A stretch of DNA of 64,000 nucleotides from Paraphysomonas bandaiensis (Eukaryota; Protista; Chrysophyceae): contig CBFFRP010000182.1 of the NCBI GenBank assembly GCA_965644295.1, positions 62,001 to 126,000 of the forward strand. The letters run 5' to 3'. Both the position numbers and the translations under genes were made by a program. Below the pieces are notes generated by a model that was not told the DNA's origin, did no database searches, and saw only the letters and a list, made by a program, of their open reading frames with translations. Position 1 is the first letter of the stretch, and the number at the start of each line of letters is the position of its first letter. Positions 14,801 to 25,900 of the stretch are shown in pieces.

Positions 14801-15029
14801 CAAATGTGAATCATCTACTCTGCCCTTTCGTGGATCTGCAACTCTTCCGGCAGTATCTGTTCGACGATCACTAGATATTGGGAGTGATGTATCGGAGGGG
14901 TCTCTGCAATTACCTTCGCGACATTTGATGGGATCAGCTCATATACCATCTGCAAAATCTTTTTGCGATGCATTGAATGCTCAAGAAAGTAGGTTTAAAC
15001 CATGGGGACTTGCTTCGCCTGAGAAATAA
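11835..15029 (+). CDS. Protein with about 4 cyclic-nucleotide-binding domains (PKG/PKA regulatory-like, no kinase domain seen), multi-exon
   Basis: Phosphate-binding cassettes GEIALLTQEPRTATV and GEVALIEPSNKRTANV, plus degenerate ones (AEAALDGIRSRLTTV; FNESGIL). Start is approximate. Confidence 0.8.
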
Positions 15030-15642
15030 GCGCTTTGTATTTGTCTTGTTATTTGATGAATTATGTATACTTTAGTATCAGACATTGTGTTCATTTTGAG
15101 CACTATTACTGTGTCGTTGATATTATCGACTACGAGTTCTGGAATAACATCGTGCATGTCAATATCAGTAGTAGGCAGTTAATATGTTCATGATTACATT
15201 GTGAGATAACGTTATCTTTGTATATTGTAGCCAGTGGTCGACACAATGCAAATAATTAAATAATTATATGCTATGAGGTTATTTTATATTCTCGTCTCTC
15301 AATTGTATATGCTTATGTTTGTACATATTATATGTGTGAAATCATATAATTATTATTGTACTTGAGCCTATGTACCAAGATCTACAGCATATTATAACAA
15401 AGATAAGATGAGCTTGCCACTGATATATAACTTGAATTGAACAGAAAAACAAGAAGGAGACAACAGAACGATAATGAAGACAATTATTAACGATTTTTAC
15501 GGAACATTATAATAACAGGAGGATTCCGGGTTAGATATTCGTTACTGATAAATGTGCATTGCCCTTAAGATTTTTATTTTGAGTATACCATGTCGACGTC
15601 TACCTAGTGCACATGTTCACATATACATACATACTTTTTGCA

Positions 15643-16625
15643 CATACAGACTCACTCAAACACATGTGTCTAGACTGCACAAATGACAACATTACTCAGA
15701 TACGGGCGACTGCCTTTCAAAGCCACAAAAACGCGCTTCAAGAGGAACTGAAAGATCAGGATTTACCCCACTGGACCGCCAATGCGCTACAGCGGTTCTC
15801 CAGCAGGGCCTGGAGCCCATCCTTCCCCACTGCACAACTCAAGATGGTTTTTGGAGATCTCATCCATGCGTCCCTGACACCTCAAGGTCTACGCAACCTT
15901 GAAGCAGCGGTCATCAGTCTGCTTCTCCCGATTTTCGCTGCAGCAAAGCTCATGATCCTAGATCGAAGTCGACGGTATATTCCCTACACAAAGGACCCCC
16001 TTGGCCACTCCCGCGACCGCGTCAAAAACGTAGACAGCAATGGAAACGCCCAAGGGTGCTACGATTACTTGGAGTCCGCAGGCGACCGAGACTGGACCAC
16101 CGCCCACCGTACACACGAACCCCACCACTCATACGCACAGGAACATATCACCGTCCCGCATGAAACCTTCAGGCTCTCGACAACGACGCCATCTCCGGCA
16201 ACTCTACCTATGCCTGAGGCCCAAACGGTGCACTGAGACAACGCCACATTCCACCTCACCACCCACATCTCAGCACACACATCTAGCACTCGGTACACTC
16301 AGGACCTTAATACAGAACCTTGTACCTCAGAGCCTGGTGGAATCTCATCCCAAGGGGAGACCCCCTGATAACACGCGCCAGTAAGTCCTGGGACACACGA
16401 TCATGGAGAACCTCGCAATCAACATTAAGAACGGAAGTGGTCGCACCTTGGTGTTTGCAACGACACACAAGCAGCTTTTGTAGCGCTAAATAGTAAGATA
16501 ATAGAATTTGTACTGATTAGTTACGGGTAGAGGTCTAAATAGTATGTCTAGCATTCAACTAGCCACTACATTGGTGCAGGTGTTTAACGCCTACTGCTAA
16601 ATAATAAGACTTTCAATATTTCAAT
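15643..16625 (+). mobile_element. 5'-truncated non-LTR retrotransposon (LINE): ORF2 C-terminus plus 3' UTR
   Basis: DSLKHMCLDC resembles the end of the L1-type CCHC knuckle. The 3' end ...CTAAATAATAAGACTTTCAATAT is shared with the copies at 19831 and 37184. Near-TSD ATACATACTTT(TT)GCA. Confidence 0.75.
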
Positions 16626-16703
16626 ATACATACTTTGCATCAACTACAAAATTTAGAATGAAGGTCATTTCTTTGGCTAGGGAATCGTAGGTAGCACACA
16701 AAA

Positions 16704-16990
16704 TAAAGAATTGATATTAGTAATAGTAAGAGGTTGTGATTATTAGAGCGTAAGGTGATGAGCACAACAATGTAGAAAAGTGAATAATAATAATGCAGAA
16801 CAATGTAGAAAAGTGAATACTAATGCAGAACATAACAATGTCAAATTCGTCGAGTAAAGAGGATCTTACTAGTGATACAGCCCGCGAGGAACAAGTAGAG
16901 GGCAGTAGGTACTGAATGAGCCAGGACTAAATACCCCACTATCACAGATAGCGCTAAATGGTCAGTACTTTTTCGTGTACAACGCTGATG
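16704..16990 (-). mobile_element. Degenerate LTR related to family B (LTR of the Copia at 59449)
   Basis: TAAAGAATTGATATTAGTAATAGTAAGAGGTTGTGATTATTAGAGCGTAAG matches 58455-58508. The right boundary is uncertain. Confidence 0.55.
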
Positions 16991-17039
16991 AGATACACAC
17001 ATCTGGTGTGTTTTGTTGGCAGTTACATGTTAAAATACA

Positions 17040-17250
17040 TTTAATCATTTAAACGCCTGTTTAGAGTAGCCAACCTTACTTCTCGGTGTTGCATTAAGTG
17101 TGCATACTACTACACTTAATATGATGCTTTTTCTGAATCGACATCTGTGGCCGGATGCTTGCATATTTCAATTAATTTTGAATGAATTTGGTGATGATGA
17201 CGTAGCCGATGATGGCTCAGAGAATGAGTATGAGGAAAATAAGCAGTAGG
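17040..17250 (+). pseudogene. Degenerate hAT transposase C-terminal (dimerization) fragment
   Basis: Frameshifted KRLFRVANL...TLNMMLFLNRHLW resembles the hAT ERLFS...LFL.N..LW motif, followed by an acidic tail. Confidence 0.4.
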
Positions 17251-17836
17251 TAGTCTTTGCTTGGCAGCATAATGGGTTTGGTGATCATGTGACCTTAATG
17301 ACTAGTATCTACTTACGTATTTAATTACTGGTTAACAATACTAATATATTGTAATAGTATTGCCTGGTCGGTTTGAAAACTCCATCAATATTGTTGATGG
17401 GACGCTATCTAACAATAGCATTACAATATATTGTACCCTAGAGCTGCTATACCGTACCAAATACACTACAAGTTCGCTATAGAATTATAGTTATGAGAAG
17501 AAAACATCCAGAGGCGCATGAAGATATGGGCATATGGACGGTCACTGTTGTCATACAGTGAGTATAGTGCGCATAATCATATCCTGCTGACTGCTATACA
17601 CAGATATATCAGCAGTATAGTCACAACTCTATTGAGTGCAGTGGGTTCGGGTAGAGAATCTATTTATGATGCAGTGGGATATACATGCCCCATCCGTACT
17701 TTCTCCCTCTACTCTGCACTGTGAAGTACTTAGACAGGAACACTCAAGTAACAGTTTATTTCCATTCTTTCTGTGGGAACCATCAGGCTAAAAATCACCC
17801 TTTTTGTGGTATATTTTAATAAACTGGAAATTTTTG

Positions 17837-17940
17837 ACATACATACATACATACATACATACATACATACATACATACATACATACATACATACATACAT
17901 ACATACATACATACATACATACATACATACATACAAGTAC

Positions 17941-17971
<31 letters not shown>

Positions 17972-18017
17972 CATACATACATACATACATACATACATAC
18001 ATACATACATACATACA
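17837..18017. repeat. (TACA)n microsatellite upstream of Derlin
   Basis: About 180 bp of nearly pure TACA with one AGTACT interruption. Confidence 0.95.
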
Positions 18018-18151
18018 GAAGTCTGATATTTCTACACGAACACTGGAGTAGTTCCACGTAGCCCTCCTCCCACTTCATCTTCCAGTATCTCGCTCCTTCA
18101 CTTCTCTTTCTACTCATACTATCATACTCATATCTTACAGTGAGTATTCCT

Positions 18152-19281
18152 ATGGCCGCACAAGACCCCTTAGGGTGGTACTATGAAATCCCTATAGTTT
18201 CACGTATATATCTCACTGCATCAGTGGCTGTAACCACAGCATGTTTCCTTGACATCATATCCCCACTAACCCTCTACTATAACTATGATTTGATCTTCCA
18301 GAAGGGTCAGTGGTGGAGACTGGTGTCATCTTACGTCTTCTTTGGTACTTTTAGTTTGGATTTTCTCTTTCATATGTATTTTGTTGTAAGTATTTATGTA
18401 TATGTATATGTGTATATAGCTGTGTATGTATGTCTGTGTATATATCTGTGTGTGTATATGTATGTGTATGTATATATATGTGTATGTATACTATCATTAC
18501 TATCATTCCATGTATAATAATTGTTAATGTGTAGATAAGATACTGTCGACTATTAGAAGAGGGAATATTTCGAGGAAGAACAGCTGATTTAGTGTTTATG
18601 TTAATATTCGGCGCAGCACTGGTGAGAGTGTCCTTTCTATATGTATGCATATATGTGTCTTACACTACAGTAGATGTCTACTCTTGCGTCTACAATCGAT
18701 AGCTTTGCACGGATAAAGTTTCTTGGTCATCCATTAGCATTCATGATGGTGTATATATGGGGTCGTAGTCCAGAGAATGCAAATGTAAGAATGGGTTTGT
18801 TGGGTCTCTTCCCTTTCAGTGCACCCTACCTTCCGTGGGTACTGCTTATATTCTCCATGATGATTGGCAATCCAGTCGAAACTGATCTGTTGGGTATTAT
18901 TGTCGGTCATGTCTACTACTTTCTAGAGTTTGTGTATCCATATGTGGCTGATATTCGGGGGTGGAGGTGGAGGCGCATATTATGTACCCCTGCGATTTTG
19001 TATCACGTGTTTGGGGACGAACATATTCACGGTTATGGCAACATGTTTGCTCCCAGAGTCGCACCAATACGGGTATGTTGTTAATTGTGCGACTTTAGTA
19101 TATGGTCTGCGGATATTATTTGTATTTTACATCCCACATGTAATTAACACGAAATAACATGTTGTTGACGTAGGTGGTTGATGCAGCTAACCCTGCTGCC
19201 AATGACGCTGTGCATAACGATGTTCCTGGTGCTGGTGAGCCGGTTAATGCAGGTGCTCAAGAACATCCCCATCAAGACTGA
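18152..19281 (+). CDS. Derlin (Der1-like, Derlin-2 type), multi-exon
   Basis: [67 protein letters not shown]. Confidence 0.92.
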
Positions 19282-19830
19282 TACAGATTTATGAAATTAT
19301 ACATAGCTAGCTGAAAGTGTTGTTGCTTTGCAATTGTGCGAACGCATATATGTAATCATATCATCATAATCAATCTTAGTGCATTTTGAAAACTACTTGG
19401 ATTGGCTTCGAATTACACGCATGTACCATACAATGCCCAATAAAAATACATACACTGGAGCTGTAAGGAATTAAAGCACGTGACCTACGTGTTGAATCAA
19501 GAAACGTAGTGTATATCTACCAATGTTTCCATTTTATACAAGATATGGAAATAGGTGGTAGGCTAAAGTCTATGGAGTGAATGATAATAAACGAAAGTGA
19601 TATGTTTATATTTGTGCGTATTAGTGTATTAGTAGTGTGTAGTGTGCATGATGATGGCAGATGGCGAAAGAGTTTATAATGGTTAGAATGGCTCACCGCT
19701 AAAACTTAGGATGACTTCAAAACAATGAACTATTCAAACTAGTTACGTTTGTATTTAACACAATTTTTAGTTCAAAACCTTATCATAAATTGTGCACGCA
19801 TGTAGCTACGCATTATTAATAATATTATAT

Positions 19831-19889
19831 ATATATTGAAAGTCTTATTATTTAGCAATAGGCGTAAAAACCTGCACCAAGCAGTGTAG
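19831..19889 (-). mobile_element. Extremely 5'-truncated LINE copy (about 58 bp)
   Basis: Matches the 3' end of the 15643 LINE. 13-bp TSD AATAATATTATAT at 19818-19830 and 19890-19902. Confidence 0.8.
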
Positions 19890-20399
19890 AATAATATTAT
19901 ATCAAAAAGGTCAAACCAATGCAATTATTAATTATAGCTCAGGTGGCATTTAGGAATTAAGAGAAGAAAGTCACGACCGAGGTGAAGTTCGAAGACCATA
20001 TAAACAGCGATAAAGTTTCAAGCAATGTCCTGGTGGCAACTGAAAATCTGGAGGAGGGTCCATGTACACCTTCGATGTTTACACATCGAGTTGATGGATT
20101 AGCATTGAACATAAACGCCAGCGCCATGATCAACTTCACCACAGGAGCAAATGTATTTGCAACATCTATACCTGACCGTTGACCGAATCCCAGTACAACA
20201 AGACGAGCTTTATGTTTCTTTATTGAACCATCCTTATTGGTAAGACCAGTGGTAAGCGTACTCGAACCCGAAGGGTGTTGACTAATGTGTCCACCCTAGG
20301 TGAGGTAACTCTTCTCCATGATGATGAGATTGTTAACTTTTGTGTGATGAGAGTGATTATCGTGCGCTTATGACTAACTCATCTAATTATAGAGAGCCT

Positions 20400-20720
20400 G
20401 AGATATACCGTATGAAGAGTCTATGTCTTATCCTGAAGCTTCGAATTGGAAGGAGGCAAGAAGGTTAAAACGGAATGCTTTATTCAAGCGGGAAATGTCG
20501 TAGAGACTCCGCCTGGTGTTCAACCCCTAACGTCCAGATAATTGTTTATGGTTCAATAAAGAAACATAAAGCTCGTCTTGTTGCACTGGGATACGGTCAA
20601 CGGTCAAGTATAGATGTTGAAAATACATTTGCTCTGTGGTGAAGTTGATTACCGTTCGGTTTAACATTGCGCTGATGTTTATATTCAATATGCATATCCA
20701 TCAATTCGATGTGTCCAATA
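20400..20720 (+). pseudogene. Degenerate Copia reverse transcriptase fragment
   Basis: Disrupted YEESM..PEASNWKEA, KHKARLVALGYGQ, IDVENTFA, MHIHQFDVSN. Confidence 0.7.
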
Positions 20721-20802
20721 CAGAGCAGGATCCAGTCAACACTGTGAGAACTGGAAGCAGTGGAGATTAGACGGACGTAAAGATCTGCCTGGATCAATAA
20801 AG

Positions 20803-20893
20803 AGTATCTGCGCAGGAGGTACTACTTCGGTAGGTATGTTCAGTAGTTGCAAACTGTATAATGGGAACGAAGAATACCTCCTGCGCAGATACT
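20803..20893. repeat. Inverted repeat with 19-bp perfect arms
   Basis: AGTATCTGCGCAGGAGGTA (20803-20821) pairs with TACCTCCTGCGCAGATACT (20875-20893). Confidence 0.85.
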
Positions 20894-21303
20894 ATTTCTG
20901 AACCACAACTATCTCTTCATATGAGGTTCATACATGTGAGGTGTGTAACATCTCTTCAGAGACACATGAACGTATAGGCAATCAGCATCTTATTTTTTCG
21001 GGAGTAAATTGAAGCAAATATTTTCTTTATTACGGCAATATAACTACGTATGGAATACAGGTAATTGTTATCTCAATATTAGAGGCATTTTTGAACAAAA
21101 ATATACAGAGGATGCCAATACGCTCCTCTTTCTGCAAAAAATGATTCCAATCAGTCCGTTTTCTGGCCTTTTTGGCATGTTTTCTCCTCAAAATAGGCGT
21201 TTTTATCTCCTTAAAGTGCACATATCTCATACTTGTGCACGTAATTTACACTTATACACACAGTGTCGTGGGTGCCCACCTCTCTGTAGAGTAGAGGTTA
21301 TAT

Positions 21304-22045
21304 TTACCTCTCTGCAGTACCTTCCTTTGAGACACCTTTTGCTGAATAATATCTCCTGCAAAAGGTTATCATTTCATTGAATGATATGTCACCTTGTAAA
21401 TAAAGACTGGTATATAGTTGCTCTAATTCGTTTCGGGTCTCGAGCGCTGTCTGTAGCTTCATTTTTTTAGCAATGTCGGTAAGTGGTTCTCCCAACGCGG
21501 ACATTTCGCGAAAAATGCCGTTTAGCCGGTCGATAGCTACTCACACAAGTTCCCCCCGTAAAATTTTGAATCCTGCAAACTAACTAACTCACTCATATTG
21601 AATTTCCCCTCGAAACGGAGTAGCTAACCTAGGCACAAGCTCACTCAGGATGATCTTTTGGGAGCATATCTTTTTCCCGAAAGTACTGATATCAACAACC
21701 TCAAGAGCTTCAGCGACTGATTGAACTGCTTCGAATATCGAGCTGATGCATGTGTGCATCCGCTCCAGCCACTTGTCCTGATCCTCTTTGTACTTTTTTC
21801 GAGCAGCTACTGGCACATTGGCTGCTGGTCTCACTGGGCGCTCCTATAGACCCAGATCGTTCCTGTTTTTCCTAATGAGCCATATACTCTCAGTTGTTTT
21901 GACCAGTTGACTACACCGAATTGATCGAATTTGGGGAGTTGCGTCCAATCCGAACCTTCATCTGCTACCATGTTAAAAAACGACAATTTAGTAGTTGTAC
22001 TTAGTAAGAGAGTTTAGATAAAGACTTGAATCTGAAAAATATAAA
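21304..22045 (-). mobile_element. Copia 5' remnant: LTR end, tRNA-iMet PBS and disrupted gag
   Basis: On the minus strand, ...TTTAACA|TGGTAGCAGATG (PBS 21959-21970). Gag-like LPKFDQFGVVNWSKQLRVWL, similar to MPKFDAKNFSRWQKKCRAWF of the 59734 ORF, with stops. Confidence 0.7.
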
Positions 22046-22047
22046 TT

Positions 22048-22411
22048 ATATGAGATATCATTCATTGCAGGGCCTGATAACCATTAATGGCCCATTAAAG
22101 GTTGTCCAGTTCCCGGCAATTATAATGGCATTATTGGAAATGTCCCGGCAATTATAATGGCCATTAATACCTATTAACTTAAAGTAGATAGCACCACTCA
22201 TATAATAGATAGTGTTGTGCTCCCTTAATTGCTAATTTTTAGTTAAATAGCAGACTACAAATTTTAACTACTTCTCGCTCTCTACTGGCACATCAGGATC
22301 TTCTTGCAGGGCTTTATGGAGGGTATAAACATCCCACAACATGTAATTGGCTCGTAGGAATAGCAACGATTCTAGACGATATGGATTCATGTTTCTACGC
22401 TCAGGTGTCAT
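22048..22411 (-). mobile_element. hAT DNA transposon 3' end
   Basis: MTPERRNMNPYRLESLLFLRANYMLWD (hAT dimerization tail), duplicated subterminal motif CCCGGCAATTATAATGGC, and TIR-like CAGGGCCTGATAA at 22048. Confidence 0.65.
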
Positions 22412-22954
22412 TCACCAACTAAATTTATCTCTACTATACCAACCATTTCTAGTACGATCTTACATCTTCACTATCTTGTACAGTCAATAAATTTCAGTTT
22501 CAGAACTACAATTTTTATTATATCATTGGTTCTCATAATACGATTAGCTACTACTGTATTTTTTGAGTAACGGTTATAACAAATATATTAGAAACTACAG
22601 CTTTTAATTGCTCACAAAACAGCAAAATTCAACAACAATTATCACTGCATAACACGTCAATACTTAGTATTTTGTACGCCATCATCCACCATCACGCATA
22701 ATATGTATCGCAATACTTGTGAAGTATTAGGCATGTGCGGAAGCTACAGTTTGTATTTCAATTATGTGACGTCACGAAGTGTCGCAGTAATTCCAAGTGT
22801 ATGAAACCAGCAAATTAGATAATAATCTGTACTACTGAAATACATCATATATATGTTTTCAATAGTGATAGCTGTACTAATCTAAGCTTCTACACTGCTT
22901 TTGGCTACACTAAAAGCATCTACTCCAGAAAAAGCGATATATACAGCATGCATA

Positions 22955-25900
22955 TCATCCGTCAGTAAACTCCTCGTTCATCAACATTGGTGTAAGTGCC
23001 AACGTGCCTCGGCACTCTGTATTCAGGACGCAAGCTTCAAAAGTTTTCTCAAACCTACGATTCGATGACACTGCAAGTTCTGAGAGAGAGATTTCCATGA
23101 ACCCAACAAACCGAGGAGAATCCGATCCAGCCACAGCGCGAGCCACTTGAATTTTCACTGTCTTCCACGCAGCGGTTTCGGAGGAATAGCAATTTTCAAC
23201 GAGTATTTCAATCGGATCAAATAAAACCAGTGAAGTTTTATCTTGGTACATGCAGTTCGTTGACTCAATTTCAAGAGCACCACATGGTGACCACACACGA
23301 AGCAATATTGAATCAAGTACACGGGATGAAAACGTAAGACCACGAATTTCAGTTAGTTCTATAACCAGCTTCATACTATTTGGATCACGTGGCTTTCCCA
23401 CAAATTCAGTCATTCCAGCATTACTTGATCTCCGAAAGAAAGGCGAGTTCACATCATAACTTGCTTTAAGAGGACTAGTTGTGGAATTCACCTTCACTAT
23501 TTCCAGAGCAGGAGTTTTCGTTAAACTCTTTTCCGGAGAGATTTGTATCGAATCATCCACTAGAAGCACGTTTCTTACTTTTTCAATAGCTTGGTAGACA
23601 TCATTTTGAACATCAGCCAGCGTGTGAATAAAGTTGGTCTGCATTTTCTCGACATCATTATGAAATAGGGCTTTCGTTATATCGTCAGCACTTTCATCTG
23701 CAACGGTGAGGCACATTGCTTTGTTAGTCGGCAGCCAAGAAATATCAGAAGACTCGATACATCTTCGAACATACTGTTCCAGTCCATCATCATCATCCTT
23801 ATCTTGTTCCCAAATATATATGATGAAATATAGATAGTTCCACATATTATGTTCTGTAGTGATATGAGTCGCGAAACCTTCGGACGCCTTATCACGGTCA
23901 AAGATTTGCTTGTCAATACCACATATGAAACACGTTTCGAGAGTATCTCTCAGACGATCCATTTTAGCTAGGCGGAGCTCAGAAAATGTATCAACTGTGA
24001 TACCTCTGATCACATTGAGCAAGACAAACCGAATCGCAATGTCGAATGCAAAATAAAAATACCATTGGTTGTTGATTCGCTGAGTCATATCTTCGTTAAA
24101 GTCACCACTCCGACCATAACCTACGCAAAATTTGAAGCACGAATACAAGGATTTGCAGTCATCGGGATATGGCAGAGCTCCAGCCGAATTGAACTCCAGG
24201 AACTGTAATACAAGAATGATCAGAGAAATTTTTCTTACGAAGTCAACAACCTACCAAAATCATGGAAAAAATATACATCACAACTACACACAGCAAACAG
24301 GCCATCATAAGCTGCTTGATGGGAGTAAACACGGCGATGATAACATCACGTGCGTATGAATTTTTAACAGCTATATCCAAGAGCAGAAGTGTCAGAATAT
24401 AATCTAATCTTAAACTGGCAACTGCAAGTATAACGTATACAAAGTAGTACATAGTCAAGGGGTCAAGAGCGGTATAGATTACAGACATGACCACACCAAC
24501 ACCAGTGGCATAGTGAGTTATGTAATGTACAGGTGCCCTTACAACAAGGAAGAGGACAAGTGTGAATGATGAAAAGGTGATTTGCAGAGCGTTCAAAGTA
24601 TTTACAGCAGATCTGGCATAGGATGGAATGTCTGGATCTCCGCATGAAACTTCTGTTCCTTCACCCTCATCATCTTCTGGAGGCACATAATCTTTAAAGC
24701 ATTCGCTGCCATCATAAAAGACAAGTAATATCATGTTGATAGCACAGCATAAAGAAAACGTAATCCATGTGGCTCGATTCTGATTACGCTGCGTAAAAAC
24801 CTTGCTCACATATATTTCTTTCAAAAATTTCTGGTGTTTAAGTTCGGTGTAAATAACGGATGCTCTGCGATACATATCCAGCAGCTTCTTCTCCTGAGAC
24901 GACCTGTCAACATACTCGACAAAGTTAGCCTTTGAGGAGTCATTGAGGTCCCGGCATATAAACGGAACATTGAAAAATCGCCGTTGCAGCTCGCCACGCC
25001 ATACAATCTCAACGCTGGCTACATTTCCTCTAAGTTTTCGTTCTCCTTTTCTATTAAATATCTCCAGTTCATTGCGCAGTCCCGGCTTGAAATCACACAA
25101 CATTTGCAAAAGCACGAGACTTTCTGTCTGTAAAGACAATTCTATTTCTAACAGTTCCTCATCTTTGTTTTCATCTCCAGGATCAGGCTGTTGTGGATTA
25201 CATAAAACTTCAATAACATCAAGATGAATCACGCTCAGTATGCGTTCATAAACCGCAGTCTTTTGGCCTTGACCTTCTAGTAGTCCTTGAAATATGTCAA
25301 TCGCATTCTTTTTCAACTCTAACTCCGAGATAATATCGTCAGCTTTGTGCGATTGTGCACGAAGTTGATGATTTAAAATTTCCACAAGAGACGTATTCAA
25401 AGCGAAATGGTCCTGGTTTCCAGCACAAGGTCCCTGAATAACTTCTAGTACAGTTGCTCCAATAGCTAATCCAGCTTCATTAGAGGTTTGGCATGGGAGG
25501 CGATTCAGACATGCCATATAGGCAACCATATCATCTAGTAAATTTATCGAAGAAAATTTGCCTGCTTGTTCTCGCATTATATCCTGATTTGGAGTGTAGT
25601 GACCTTCGCACATTAGCTGCATAAACCTCACAGCAATAATATCACCAGGTATCTCAAGGTCGTCGTTTACATCAGGGTTAGACATTCCGTGCCAATCATG
25701 CCAGGATATTAGGTCTTGAATGATCTTACGCAACTCCAAAAAGAAAAACTCCGAGTCAACACTACAGAGATGTTTATACATCGTCTGCTGAACTTTGAGT
25801 GCACCGCCTTCTTTAAAAAGCATTGCAACTCCCAGTCTAATGCTCTCAAGTACCAACTCGTGGTCAATACCGGGAGAGATCAAGTCCAAACAAAGTGTCG

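Noticed and set aside
1188-19281. UFD1 plus Derlin as an ERAD or SELMA gene cluster
   Set aside because: They are 16 kb apart with unrelated genes between, and neither shows a bipartite targeting presequence.
24112-24130. CVGYG as a K+-channel TVGYG filter
   Set aside because: It aligns to the end of the IP3R pore helix (VLSHG-LRSG), not to the filter position, so the resemblance is probably coincidental.
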